Source: Eledone cirrhosa
Taxonomy: Eukaryota
Length of the DNA: 64,000 bases
Direction of reading: 5' to 3'
Assembly (NCBI GenBank): GCA_964016885.1
Contig: OZ024741.1
Span: 343,666,001 to 343,730,000 of the forward strand
The translations under genes were made by a program, and so were the position numbers. Below the pieces are notes generated by a model. The model had not been told where the DNA came from. It saw nothing but the letters and a program-made list of their open reading frames with translations, and made no database searches. Below, piece after piece: positions 1 to 12,540 of the stretch. Numbering within the stretch: the first letter of the stretch is position 1; every line of letters starts with the position of its first letter.

Positions 1-328
1 TGCTTCAAATCACATTATAGACAAATACATATTTAATTACAGATAAACAAGGATGTAAATTCATAAATAAGGTGAAATTATGCAAATGGAAATATGTAAA
101 AATAAAACTCACTGGAACATCATTCGTATAAAGATTGGCTTGCAATCTAACAAGTGTGAAGAATAAGAAATAAGAAAGAAAGAAACAAACAAAGAGGGAA
201 GGAAAGAAGGTTAGAGCATCCTGTCAAAGCCGCACCCCATCCTCTCACTCATAGCCTTATCGCATACAACAAAGCTCAGAACACCATCCAATTTGGTCAA
301 CCGTGTAGGCACCGCGCGCAGACACACG

Positions 329-420
<92 letters not shown>

Positions 421-710
421 TTAAAAGAATAGAGGTGTAACACACGAGTGTGATATATTAGTAAAAGGAAGAGAAAATGGTGACAAATTTAATAATTTTG
501 AGATAGAGCGCCCGTGATGTTTGCTCAGATTAGAGCAAACATCACGGGCGCTCTATCTCAAAATTATTTTTGAAAAGCTTAAGAAATGCGCACCGGTAAA
601 AGCTTAAAACTAAAACTGAATACTAACCAATACATATTACTAATTTTACTTATTCCTAATTACACAATTTTTCACTGGGAAAAATTTGTCACCATTTTCT
701 TTTCCTTTTA

Positions 711-718
<8 letters not shown>
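421..718 (-). mobile_element. Fold-back PLE-derived element, family A, left arm internally deleted
   Basis: Inverted repeat 454-490/682-718 plus inner palindrome 491-568. Tail 421-453 (gaggtgtaacacacgagt) on the left only. Flanked by (TA)n. Degenerate hammerhead at about 567-601. Same family as 44351-46590. Confidence 0.75.
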
Positions 719-747
<29 letters not shown>

Positions 748-754
<7 letters not shown>

Positions 755-1439
755 AGCCGTTTGGAAGCCTCGACAATGCAAATGGGTAAATCTCCGGGTA
801 ACAAGGTCCGGTGGTGGAGAGAGAGATATGTAAGTGGGTGTACGTTGAGATGCGTGGTGTGTATAAGATGTGTGAGATGTGTAGAATGAAGGGAAGAGTA
901 AAAGAATAAAAAGAATAATAACAACACAAGAGAGAGAGTTACCTTGGGAGAGATTTAATAGTCCCTATATATTTCGGATTCACATCCATCAACTGGGGTT
1001 TTTTCGGGGTGGGGGAAAAGGTTGTCTGTCGGACAACTCGGCACGCGTCTTTCGCTGTCTGTTGATTTGAATATCTCAAATCAACAGACAGCGAAAGACG
1101 CGTTCCGAGTTGTCCGACAGACAACCTTTTCCCCCACCCCGAAAAAACCCCAGTTGATGGATGTGAATCCGAAATATATAGGGACTATTAAATCTCTCCC
1201 AAGGTAACTCTCTCTCTTGTGTTGTTATTATTATATTTATTCTTTTACTCTTCCCTTCATTCTACACATCTCACACATCTTATAAACACCACGCATCTCA
1301 ACGTACACCCACCTACATATCTCTCTCTCCACCACCGGACCTTGTTACCCGGAGATTTACCCATTTGCATTGTCGAGGCTTCCAAACGACTTATAAATAT
1401 TTACTTATTGTTCCACAATGCTTCAAGCAAACTTCAATA

Positions 1440-1445
<6 letters not shown>
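748..1445 (+). mobile_element. Fold-back element with ~325 bp arms and a 3' tail in (TA)n
   Basis: Near-perfect palindrome 748-1398 centred at 1073 (the mirror ORFs 939-1124/1022-1207 reflect it). Tail 1401-1445. Hammerhead-like motif with non-canonical core at 1148-1183. Confidence 0.8.
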
Positions 1446-1499
<54 letters not shown>

Positions 1500-2260
1500 T
1501 ATTGCCTGGTCGAAGCACAGCTGGATTTATTCATTTGACATTATTTCTGCTGTCTGATGCGGCTCATTTTCATTTATTTGATGTCGTTAATATGCTGAAT
1601 GTTTATTCATGGTGGAAGAAGCGTTATTTAAAAGTGCATTCCTTTGTATCCACATACGTTTTAACTACATTTGGAAATTCTAAGGTGAATTCAGCTTCAT
1701 ATATCATGGCTCCACATCTTACGTTTGCTCCAGTGGGCATCATTCCAGTCTCCGACACGAACAGCTTTTGTTACTGATTTTGGTAAGTTTGCTAGTAATT
1801 CTACGAGTTTAGAACCTTGGCACAGGAATAAACAATTCTGAAAGATTTTGTATTGAACATCTTTCTACAGCTATGGCCGATGGTAAACTGTTAATCTAAT
1901 AGGGTTAAGCATTTTTTACGAAAGTCAGTTTTCACATTAAGGTAGGTGTAAACCATGTTATCTTCAGAAGTCTGTTTTCATGGGGAATGTGAATAATCTT
2001 ACCCTTACAATCACTGCAATTAGGCCATTACAATAACAGCATGCTGCCTAATTGAACATTTCTTTGCTAGAAGATAGATAGGAGATACTCTTACTTATAT
2101 TAGATACTACATTTCTGAAGACTATGGGGAGCTGACAGACGTTTCTATTAAAATTACCGAAATTGATCCTTTGGTTTATGGTATGGTTTACATGTGAGGG
2201 AGCCTAAGACGAATTTAACATTTAAAGATATAGCTTGAAATTAATATCTAAGCCATATCA
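1500..2260 (+). mobile_element. Degraded Tc1/mariner transposase relic
   Basis: Translation LSDAAHFHLFDVVNMLNVYSW resembles the SDEAHFHLxGxVNxxNxxxW first catalytic Asp motif. The rest is decayed and the right boundary is approximate. Confidence 0.45.
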
Positions 2261-2354
2261 CATCAATTCTCTTTTGAAAGGTTGAGTTTTCTCCTATATG
2301 TTGTATATTCAAAAAATAACTACACAGTAGGTAGTATGCATGTATGTATGTATG

Positions 2355-2385
<31 letters not shown>

Positions 2386-2921
2386 GTATGTATGTATGTA
2401 TGTATGTATGTATGTATGTATGTATGTATTTGTGTGTATGACGTATCTATTTAACACTCTTTCTCTCTCTACACACGGACATGCACAGACACACACACAC
2501 ACGCGCGCGCACACACGCACACACACACACAAACACACACAGACACACACAGATATATATATATATATATATAAATATTTTATGATAAGTATATATATAC
2601 ATATATATTAATGAATAAGCGGATAATGTGATCTGCAATAGACAGGCAATTGCTTCAGTTTATGCTGTTATAGGCAAATATTTATTGCTATCACATTTTA
2701 CCTCAAGATCTGGCACGTATTTCTTACAAATAAATGAAATGAAGCAGGTAATATAGCGAAATGTATCTATCACGTTCACACGTTGAAATATGCTTATTTG
2801 AACTCACAATCGATGTGAAGCTAAAATCTTATTATCACGTTTAATCTGCCTCCACCTCGCCATAACTAAAACCCTCGCATCTACCTACCTACATACATAC
2901 ATACATACATACATACATACA

Positions 2922-2959
<38 letters not shown>

Positions 2960-2990
2960 ACATACCTGTCTATCTAACTATCTATCTATC

Positions 2991-3765
2991 GCCCGGGACC
3001 GATGGACAGCTTCCAAAAGTCCCTTGCCTGGCAGTGCTACCGAGGAGCTCTACCAGTTCGAGACAAGCTGTACAGACATGGGCGCCCGGGCAGTGACCCT
3101 GCAAAAAAGATCTGTCCGAGGTGCGTGCGAGACGAAGAAACCGTCGCGCACGCATTCATACACTGCCCGGGCGTCACCGACCTGTGGGGCTATGTAGAAC
3201 GACTATTGTCGCGGGTGGACCAATCCGGTTGACCACCGAGTCCATTGTCATGATCAAACCGCCACCCTCCTTCAAACACGAAGGAGAGGCGGTTTTCCTT
3301 TGTGTGATAGCTATGGCGAAAGAGGTTGTATGGTGGACAAGGTTGAAAGGGCTGAGGTCAGACACCTTTCTCTCCGGCCAACAACTGATTCTTTTTTTCA
3401 AATACCACTTTGGAAGAAGAATCAGGATGGAAAGAGAGATGCTGTACCCCAGCAAGTTTTATGAAAGGTGGGTGAAAGTGGCGAGAATGGCCCGAGTGAA
3501 TGGGCCTTCTCTCTATATCAGCCTGTAGGTTGAGGAAAAGGAGGAGGTGAGGAAAGGAGTACAAACTCTTCGTACTGCTGGAGATGAGGGTTGCACATTT
3601 TTTCGGGGGTATGTGTTACGCATATGAAGTGTCTCCCCCTACTGGGGAAAATCGACTAATTTTTAAATTGCATTTGTGATAATATTTTACACGTTTTTAT
3701 TGTATGTAAACTTCCCCCTTTGTATTTGTCCCCTTCTTTTGTGCCCCTGTGGCTAATAAAGAAAC
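2991..3765 (+). mobile_element. 5'-truncated L1/Tx1 LINE 3' end inserted in (CTAT)n
   Basis: ORFs 3002-3232 and 3121-3528 match the ORF2 C-terminus of the elements at 14876-26585 (FQKSLAWQCYRGALPVRDKL, CPRC...H...C). Ends AATAAAGAAAC, followed by the CTAT repeat. Confidence 0.9.
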
Positions 3766-3915
3766 ATATCTATCCAGAAACATATCTATCTATCCATTTA
3801 TCTATCTAACTAATTACCTATCTATTTATCTGTCTATCTGTCTATATATCTATCTATTTATCTATCTATCTGTCTGTCTGACTGTCTGTCCTTCTGCCTG
3901 TTGTCCGTCGGTCCG

Positions 3916-3998
<83 letters not shown>

Positions 3999-4109
3999 GT
4001 CTGTCTGTCTGTCTATCTATCTAACGCTCTAATTTTATAAGAGTGGAATATATTACACTGAATAGTTTGGGTTTCAAATTATTCCGCGGGCTATTGTTTA
4101 AATTTTCTA

Positions 4110-4570
4110 AACTCACGTGTAGAGTTGCCTCACCCTATTTTATACACTATTTTATAGCATCTCTGAACATGAGCACATCATCCTTTACATCAATTCTATT
4201 TTCTCAGCACTTAAATGTCCGATCTCTCGACTACGAATATTGATTATTTATATATGGATGTGGTTCTCTGTCTGTCTCTGTTGATATCTGAAAAGCTATT
4301 GTTCGTCTATCTCGCCTTTTATACTTAAAGACTGTAGGAGAGTTGTTACTGTTCCTCATCTTACTAGTTTAAAGCGCCTAGCCGATATCTGGAAGATATG
4401 AAGTTCAGTTCCACAAAGTGGCCGATCTCAACTTCCTTTTCTGTCTTTCACGGTTCTTCACCCTATTTTATTAGGTATTTTATAGCATCTCTGCGCATGA
4501 GCACAGCATCCTTTACATTAATTACATATTCTCAACACTTCAATGTTAGATCTCTCGGCTAAGTATACTG
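4110..4570. repeat. Diverged ~130 bp direct duplication, period ~350 bp
   Basis: tcaccctattt...atagcatctctg..catgagcaca.catcctttacat occurs at about 4110-4240 and about 4458-4570. Confidence 0.65.
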
Positions 4571-4963
4571 TTTCTAAACTTAATTTTTTACTTAGAAAAA
4601 TGTACTTTTTTTCAAAACATTTATTTATTGACTTCTTTCATTGCAACCCTCAGCATAACTCACTTCTGCGATATTTTGAATATGACAAAGCATATTTAGA
4701 GTAAGTTAGAAACGCCACGGCTGGTTAGGAAGTTGCAAGTACAATCCCTCAGTGGAGCTGTAAAATCATGTAGAACATTTCAGAAATTTAGCATAAAAAA
4801 TGTATATACATACGTATAGATACAGATCAATGCACTTGTACACATATCTCAAAACATACACGTCCATAAACGCACACACACACACACACATGCACACACA
4901 CATGCACACACACACACACACATGCACACACACACACACATATGCATATATATATATATATAT

Positions 4964-7505
4964 TTAAAGGTTAAACAAGTTTCAATGAATAAATCAAAGA
5001 ATGAGTTTTACAATAGATTGGAAGCACTCAACAGTTTTGGTTTTCCGGAGTTATTAATATTAATTCAAAATATTAACAAAATAGATATTCTTGTGATCAA
5101 GTATATTTTATTATACATATTTCAAAGGTACTGAGTTAACTTCAACAGTACGTCCTCATCAGATAAAATAAGATGATGCATGACATACCCTGACATAGTA
5201 GATGGTTAAGATTCAGTCATGGTAGTGAGTAATATATGACAAAATCCAATATTTATATACCTTAATATTGAAAACATGAGAAAAACACATAATACATAGA
5301 ATAGAGAGGGTACGTGTGAGAAAGTTTAAAAAATACATGGTAGCAAAATTACTGTTAAATAATTTAAATTACTGAAGAAGGAGGAAAGAAAAAAAGAAAG
5401 GCATAGAGGAAGACACAGATGAGGGGATAAAATAGCTAGTAGGAGCCTAGAAAGCAAAGGAGAGTTGATTACAGAGAGAGAGGTAAAGAGAAATAACTTA
5501 TACAATGTAATATTATAGGGAGATATTAAACTAAAACAATATTTTGGCTTAGCTTTAGGAAAAAGGAAAAAATATTTAAAAGTATTCATCAATCGGAATT
5601 TTAAATATAATTGTGTTTATTCATATGAAGGTTATTATCAGGTCCTTAGACCTACATCATCTAACTGCAACCTCTGTACTAAGGAGACCCTATTAATAAT
5701 TACTAATTATGAAAACTTAATTAACAAAAAAGGTGAATTATTCTCAAACTGCCTTCATAAAGCTTTGTCTACTTTCCAAGCCTCGCATAAAGCCAGGAAA
5801 AAACACTAAATAAACAAGTTTTGACGTCTCTTATCAACTGTTGTACCTAAAACGTTATAGCAGTTCATAAAACTTTAATAATGTTTTATTTTCTATTCAT
5901 TTATGATAGAATTAATGTTAGACTGAAGGGTCCTGTCTAGGTATATAAACATATTATTTGTTAACTTGTTCTTTTGATAAATTTGCACACCTTTGGATTA
6001 TTTTAGATATATATGAGTTAGATTGGAGTTCTTATATATTTGTATTTGTTTTAAATATATAATTTGGATATATAACTTGTAAGATTACCGGTTATAATTG
6101 AACCGTAAATCATTCATGCATTTATATATTTTACTCATTTTGAGTATGTTTTGGAATTCAGAAAGTTAGATTTGTACATATATATTTTTATATATATTTA
6201 GGTATAAATGTCACAAATCATACTAGTCGACAAATATTGGTCTTTCTTTCCACTAAACTGGAGGTAAAACTACAATTATAACATTACTAATAATGATTGT
6301 AATTATTTATTTATTATATGTATATCGTTTCATTAATACCCATAATACTCTCTCTATATATTTGAACAAACTTGTTTATCTAGTATAATAACATGCTCCT
6401 AGTTACTTTTATAAGTAATTTGGATACTCAAATGACTCTTTATTGTTATAATTGTTAGATATTTCCGTAATGTTCTAAATTATATAACGATTATTACTTA
6501 ATTTAATTTAATTTATTGTAATTAAATTCGGGTTACCTTCGGGTCATTCAAATCCTTAGCTCCTCTTTTTATCATCTTCGTGGACACTTAGAAGTGTTGT
6601 TTGTCTATTATATAAACTTTTAAAAAACCTTCTAGCATTTTAAACTATATATTTTTTAATATTGCGCATTTTTATGTTCGCAAACAATTCATTATTTTTA
6701 TTTTTTTCATTTTTTTTTTTCATTGTTATTTTGTATCTGGTCCTCATCCTTAGGACTCATGAAGTTTTGACTTCTATATTTATAGTATATATCTATTAAA
6801 TGATCCTATTGCAATAATTGATCTAAAACATTAACTTTAACAATATTTCCAGTAAATTATTTATAATATGGTATTATGTTATGTCTATTTGCGAGGTATC
6901 ATCTTAAGTCTTTGAATAATCAGACTTTTTTAAGTGTAATTATAAGGCCAATTATATTTAAAATTCCGATTGATGAATACTTTAAAATATTTTTTCCTTT
7001 TTCATAAAACTAAGCCAAAATATTGTTTTAGTTTAATATCTCTCTATAATATTACATTGTATAAGTTATTCCTCTTTACCTCTCTCTCTGTAATCAACTC
7101 TCCTTTGCTTTCTAGGCTCCTACTAGCTATTTTATCCCCTCATCTGTGTCTTCCTCTATGCCTTTCTTTTTTTCTTTCCTCCTTCTTCAGTAATTTAAAT
7201 TATTTAACAGTTATTTTGCTACCATGTATATTTTAAACTTTCTCACACGTACCCTCTCTATTCTATGTATTATGTGTTTTTCTCATGTTTTCAATATTAA
7301 GGTATATAAATATTGGATTTTGTCATATATTACTCACTATCATGACTGAATCTTAACCATCTACTATGTCAGGGCATGTCATGCATCATCTTATTTTATC
7401 TGATGAGGACGTACTGTTGAAGTTAACTCAGTAGCTCTGAAATATGTATAATAAAATATACTTGATCACAAGAATATCTATTTTGTTAATATTTTGAATT
7501 AATAT
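4964..7505. mobile_element. Large fold-back Penelope-like element with GIY-YIG remnant
   Basis: Inverted arms about 5054-5610 / 6950-7505, tail 4964-5053. The spacer at 5650-5810 (+) encodes CNLCTKETLLIITNYENLINKKGELFSNCLH, matching the C-terminus of the PLE ORFs at 32579 and 58342. Both ends lie in (TA)n. Confidence 0.85.
7392..7458 (+). ncRNA. Type-I hammerhead ribozyme motif (mirror copy 5104-5170 on - strand)
   Basis: tattttat CTGATGA [long stem II] GAAA tatgta TA ataaaata, with an 8-bp stem I. Confidence 0.75.
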
Positions 7506-7518
7506 ATATATATATATA

Positions 7519-7606
7519 TTTATTAAAATAACAGATTAAAGTTTAAGCAAAGAATCGCTGCTTTCACCCTGTTTGGATTTTAGTCTTCAAATTTATTATT
7601 ATTACT
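7519..7606 (+). mobile_element. Ultra-short family-F PLE derivative (inverted arm start fused to tail)
   Basis: tttattaaaataacagatt...tttcaccct is joined to ttggattttagtcttcaaatttattattattact, the reverse complement of the terminus at 57243. Flanked by (TA)n. Confidence 0.75.
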
Positions 7607-7862
7607 ATATATATATATATATATAATTTTTATAAGGTTGCAATAAATGCGTCTGTAGGCGGTATGCCGTTTGAGCACTCGATGCTCACGCGGAGCAGAG
7701 TATATTAATATGTATGACGAGGAATCAGTGATGTATATCTGAGTTCCTTGCGAGTGCAGAGATAGGTTCGATCTATAAAAGATCCTGTCTTGAGGTGATC
7801 GTCGGAGAAACACATGTAATATGTTAATAAATTGTTTTAATGTATAACTGATTCCTCGTCAT

Positions 7863-7904
<42 letters not shown>

Positions 7905-7913
<9 letters not shown>

Positions 7914-8104
7914 TGAGATTCTACAGGACTAGAACTGTTTCATTCATTAGAAATCATCGGGAATCATCGAGATTCCTGATGATTTCTAATGAATGAAACA
8001 GTTCTAGTCCTGTAGAATCTCATCTATATTAAAATTGTTATACTCTGCTATGTATTGAGTACCTTACTTACAGTGGTTACCTCCGATTCAACCCGGAATA
8101 ACGT
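7905..8104 (+). mobile_element. Short fold-back element with tail in (TA)n
   Basis: Palindrome 7905-8030 centred at about 7967. Tail 8031-8104 contains gtattgagtac, also present in the tail at 33403-33482. Confidence 0.85.
7969..8021 (+). ncRNA. Canonical type-I hammerhead ribozyme
   Basis: gagattc CTGATGA tttctaatgaat GAAA cag ttctagtc ctg TA gaatctc: 7-bp stem I, 3-bp stem II, 4-bp stem III. Predicted cleavage after GUA at 8014. Confidence 0.85.
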
Positions 8105-8130
8105 ATATATATATATATATATATATATAT

Positions 8131-8485
8131 ACGATATTAACAAATGGAAACTATATTTATAAAACCATATCTATTTCATTATACATATTTCAAGGATACC
8201 AAGTTAAATTATGGTATGCCTTCATCAGACAAAATACAATATATACCACTTTTATAAATAAACATTGACGTACCCTTTCAAAATGCGACCGTTACTTTTA
8301 GAAGCCATCAGGATGGCTTCCAAAAACTTGGTATCCTTGAAATATGTATAATGAAATAGATATAGTTTTATAAATATAGTTTCCATTTGTTAATATCGTA
8401 TATCTACTCCAAATACTTGTCGAGTGCTTTATATCAGTTATAAAAATATTTACTTGTTGTATCCCAATTTAAATAGAACTTTTGC
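8131..8485 (+). mobile_element. Fold-back element with hammerhead on the left arm
   Basis: Arms 8131-8204 / 8326-8400, tail 8401-8485. The minus strand at 8174-8234 reads ttttgt CTGATGA aggcatacca-loop-tggtatcctt GAAA tatgta TA atgaaa. Confidence 0.8.
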
Positions 8486-8530
8486 ATATATATATATATA
8501 TATGTATATTATATATGTATATTATATATG

Positions 8531-8589
<59 letters not shown>

Positions 8590-8595
<6 letters not shown>

Positions 8596-9230
8596 TGTTA
8601 TACTTGGGGAGGGTCATATTGTAATAATATTGACCAAAGTAATAACAGAACACACTCACTGTTGGTTGGTTTTCGCTTCTGTATCTTTTATATCTCCACA
8701 GTTAATTCATTTGGTCCTCAATGGTTATCACTGAGTGACCAACGGTCAAAAATACAGATATAATATAGATATAAACACATATATATAGTCTAACAAATTT
8801 TTTCGTTGCACCTCTGCAACATCATCAGTGGTACTATTATGTTCCTCCTGTTGTATTGTATGTCTACGCCATTTTTATTTTATCTGTTTATTTATTTATT
8901 TATTTATTTATTTTGTCTTCTTCTCTGCGTAGACATACAATACAACAGGAGGAACATAAGAGTACCACTGATGATGTTGCAGATGTGCAACGAAAGAACT
9001 TTGTTAGACTATATATATGTGTTTAAATTTATATTTTTGACCGTCGGTCAGTCAATGATAAACATTGAGGAGCAAATGGATTAACTGTGGAGATATAAAA
9101 GATTCAGAAGCGAAAACCAATCAAACAATGGGTGTGTTCTGTTATTACTTCGGGCAATATTATTACAACAATATGACGTATAACAATATTTGTTTTGACA
9201 CACGATTTCATATCAAAAACTTCGCAAAAC
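8590..9230 (+). mobile_element. Diverged fold-back element with partial hammerhead
   Basis: Arms about 8590-8869 / 8927-9190, tail to 9230. CTGATGA t gttgca gatg tgcaac GAAA at 8968-8995. A related fragment lies at 56935-57050. Confidence 0.75.
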
Positions 9231-9249
9231 ATATATATATATATATATA

Positions 9250-9492
<243 letters not shown>

Positions 9493-9854
9493 TAATGTAC
9501 TTCTGTGATATGCGTTGGATCACAAAGGTACAGACTGGAACAATATACAATACTAGCCGAATGACCTGGCCTTGCTCGGACTTCTAAACATAGATGGGCA
9601 TGTTTATCCCTCCTTTATGACACAGTTCAGAGAAATACGGAATACCTCGGCCTGGGGATGGTGTCCACATTTTGTGCTTATGCAAATAATTTTCCATTAA
9701 GATTTTTCAAATGCATATAATTGCGTTCCCTCTCTCTTTTGTTGTTTTTGCTTCTGTTGGTGTGATAGCAGCCGTTGGGCGTACTACTAACACAGTCACG
9801 CCCTTCTTCGGCCAATCGTGTATATCCCCCTTCTGCCTCGTCTACCTAAACAAT

Positions 9855-10213
9855 GATTGTAGCACCTCCTTGTACACAATGTTCCTTGATCTTCCGTGTC
9901 GGCCATATGCAAAGAGATTTGTCTTGCTTCCCACTCTTGAGCAGCCAGTGTGAAAAACATGACTCTTCCAAAAGAAGACCAGCAACAGTTAGGATCTAAC
10001 CCTGGGATTTGTTGAGAGACATTGCAAAGCTGACATGATTCGGCGAATGGTTCGTTGGTTGTCTGTTTCAAGTGCTCTTCTGGTGGCAGTACGTTCAGCA
10101 TCTTGCGACCGTCGAATAGCAGATTCCATTGACGATACGTTTGCCCGCCTTGTTCTTTTTCTTGCCTCTTTCGCAGTATTTCGGCCAATGAAGTATCTCT
10201 TCCTTCGAGGCAT
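9855..10213 (-). pseudogene. Helitron RepHel remnant (N-terminus joined to PIF1-helicase C-terminus)
   Basis: ORF 9989-10213 plus a frameshifted EESCFSH..GCSRVG...RNIVYKEVLQ at 9855-9970. Confidence 0.7.
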
Positions 10214-10457
10214 GACCTAAAAGCAGGACGAATTACACTAAGACTAATTCGTAGAGTAAGGAGTAAACTCGTCAGTGATGCATGTGATTTCCGAACCGTT
10301 GAATATGTAATTACTGGCCTTGTGCCAAAAGTAGTGGGACTTTTGGGGTGGGATATCGGCAGCAACAATGACGATAAGCCGTCTGTGCTCTCGTGAAATA
10401 AATACGTTTGTTTATATTTTGTTTTTGTATATGCAAAAATATCTGTACACGAATATA

Positions 10458-10544
<87 letters not shown>

Positions 10545-10545
10545 A

Positions 10546-10613
<68 letters not shown>

Positions 10614-10621
<8 letters not shown>

Positions 10622-10830
10622 TAACAGATTAAAGTTTAAGCAAAAATTCGCTGCTTTCACCCTTAACGGGATCTTTTGAAACTAAAAAAATTAATCTGTG
10701 AACGCAGAAGTAAATATTTCGAAAAACGTTGCAACCGAAGGAAAAGAAGACGATACTTTGATTCGTGAATACTTTCCCTGGCAATGAACGGAAAATAACG
10801 AAGATAATACGTCAGCAATGAGAACAATGT
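10614..10830 (-). mobile_element. Family-F PLE 3'-end fragment
   Basis: Matches 57333-57540 and starts at the (TA)n edge. A further copy lies at 33549-33665. Confidence 0.8.
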
Positions 10831-11365
10831 TTTCATAATGTCGTATTGTAGACAGCCAGACATACAGGCAGATATTATAAGGACGTGACGTTATAGCTAT
10901 GTATCTGTCTTAAAAGACAGACTAAGAAAGAGTGCGAGAGATCAATAACCGCGACAAACACCCTTTAACAAGAGAAAATTGAAAAATAAATGCTGCAGTT
11001 AATATCTTTAGACTGCAAGGAATATATAAATGCAAGTTTGAAGTCAATCGGAGTAGAAATGTGGATTTCTATAGATTTTGCAAAAATTAGGGCACACACA
11101 CACAGACAATTTTAGTTTTATATATATACGTATAGATGGCGCCTTGGTGAGCCATCGTCCCTTACATAAAACACTTCATTTCCAGACACCTGTGCCTGCT
11201 TTCTTTACTATGAACGTTCGTGGCTTTATCTATCTCGAACACTTTATACTGTATATATAATATAATAATAAAATATTCATACATGTAAATATATGTAAAT
11301 TCATATAGATGAACTCTTTGTTCTCTCCCAACTCCCTCCCCCATCTCTCTCTCTCTCTCTTTCTC

Positions 11366-11438
<73 letters not shown>

Positions 11439-11551
11439 TACAATATATATGTGTGTGTGTGTGTGTGTGTGCAAATATAATTTAAAATATTTGAAATATA
11501 AACATATAAATTATGTATCTCTATGCCTATATATATATATGCATATATATA

Positions 11552-11619
<68 letters not shown>

Positions 11620-11809
11620 GATACAGGCAATATTTATTAGAATGCTGTTGAAGTGTGTATACATTTTTGGGACACCCTGTAAATATAAACATATGTACAC
11701 ATAATTTAAATCATGTGTACTTATCCTTCTAGGGTAAGAATATATACATTATATATATGCCTATGTATACACACACACACACACAAACACACACATATAT
11801 ATATATGTG

Positions 11810-11861
<52 letters not shown>

Positions 11862-11999
11862 TAGAGTGTCCGTGTCTATAGCAGTTAACATATCGTGTGC
11901 ACGTGAGAATTTGATGCCTACAATCAGATATGGATTTATCTAAGGTATCAATTAGTTGGTTTAGCCATTGTCGTCGTCGTCGTCGTCGTCTTCTTCTTC

Positions 12000-12031
<32 letters not shown>

Positions 12032-12435
12032 CTTCTTCTTCTTCTCCTCCTCTCCCCCCCCCTCCTTATTCTTCCATTTTCTAAATACAAAGAATTCGTA
12101 CACATTGAACATACGCTCACGTGTGTTGTACATAAATTATATACTACCCCCCCCCCCACTCCCTTGCATGTACACTGTACATTCACACTCACAGCCACTC
12201 AAACAGGTACATACATACAATTAATTCCAAAGATGTCTTCTAGTGTCTCTGGAATGTTCTATTGTATTTCTGGTACGGTATGGAACAAAAGGACTACAGA
12301 CTCCTCGATGAAAGAAAAAGATTTGAATATGGAAAAAAAATACTGAAAATGAAGATGGCGTGGATAACTAATGACGAAAAAGGAGAAAAGAATTGGTTGA
12401 AATACTACTAAGGCTACTGTTAACAACAATAACAG

Positions 12436-12470
<35 letters not shown>

Positions 12471-12540
12471 GCTGCTGCTTCAACAACGACAACAATATCT
12501 ACTATTACTACTGCTACTATTGTCACAAATAACAATAATA

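Larger units (their letters stand above)
9553..11136 (-). mobile_element. Internally deleted Helitron with nested (TA)n and family-F PLE end
   Basis: 3' CTAG at 9553-9556 with a GC hairpin remnant, and a 5' TC end (tctatacgtatatatataaaact) at 11136. The minus strand encodes an N-terminal MPRRKRYFIGRNT... followed by helicase C-terminal motifs CFSH / GCSRVGSKTNL...NIVYKEVL. Whether both ends belong to one element is inferred. Confidence 0.65.

Noticed and set aside
939-1207. Near-identical 61-aa ORFs on opposite strands (also 5326/6970 and 51632/54578)
   Set aside because: By-products of the palindromes, with no protein motifs.
748-1398. Palindromes as assembly or amplification chimeras
   Set aside because: Arms differ by substitutions, indels and independent insertions, and share a consistent tail and TA-flank architecture. 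Long-read confirmation is still advisable for the most perfect ones.
7715-7861. 15-bp inverted repeat pair between TA tracts with a GAAA-cacatg-TA motif
   Set aside because: Possibly another decayed fold-back, but the hammerhead core is not recognisable, so it is not called.
12215-12330. Exon-like segment with minus-strand splice signals
   Set aside because: All three frames contain stops and there is no supporting homology.
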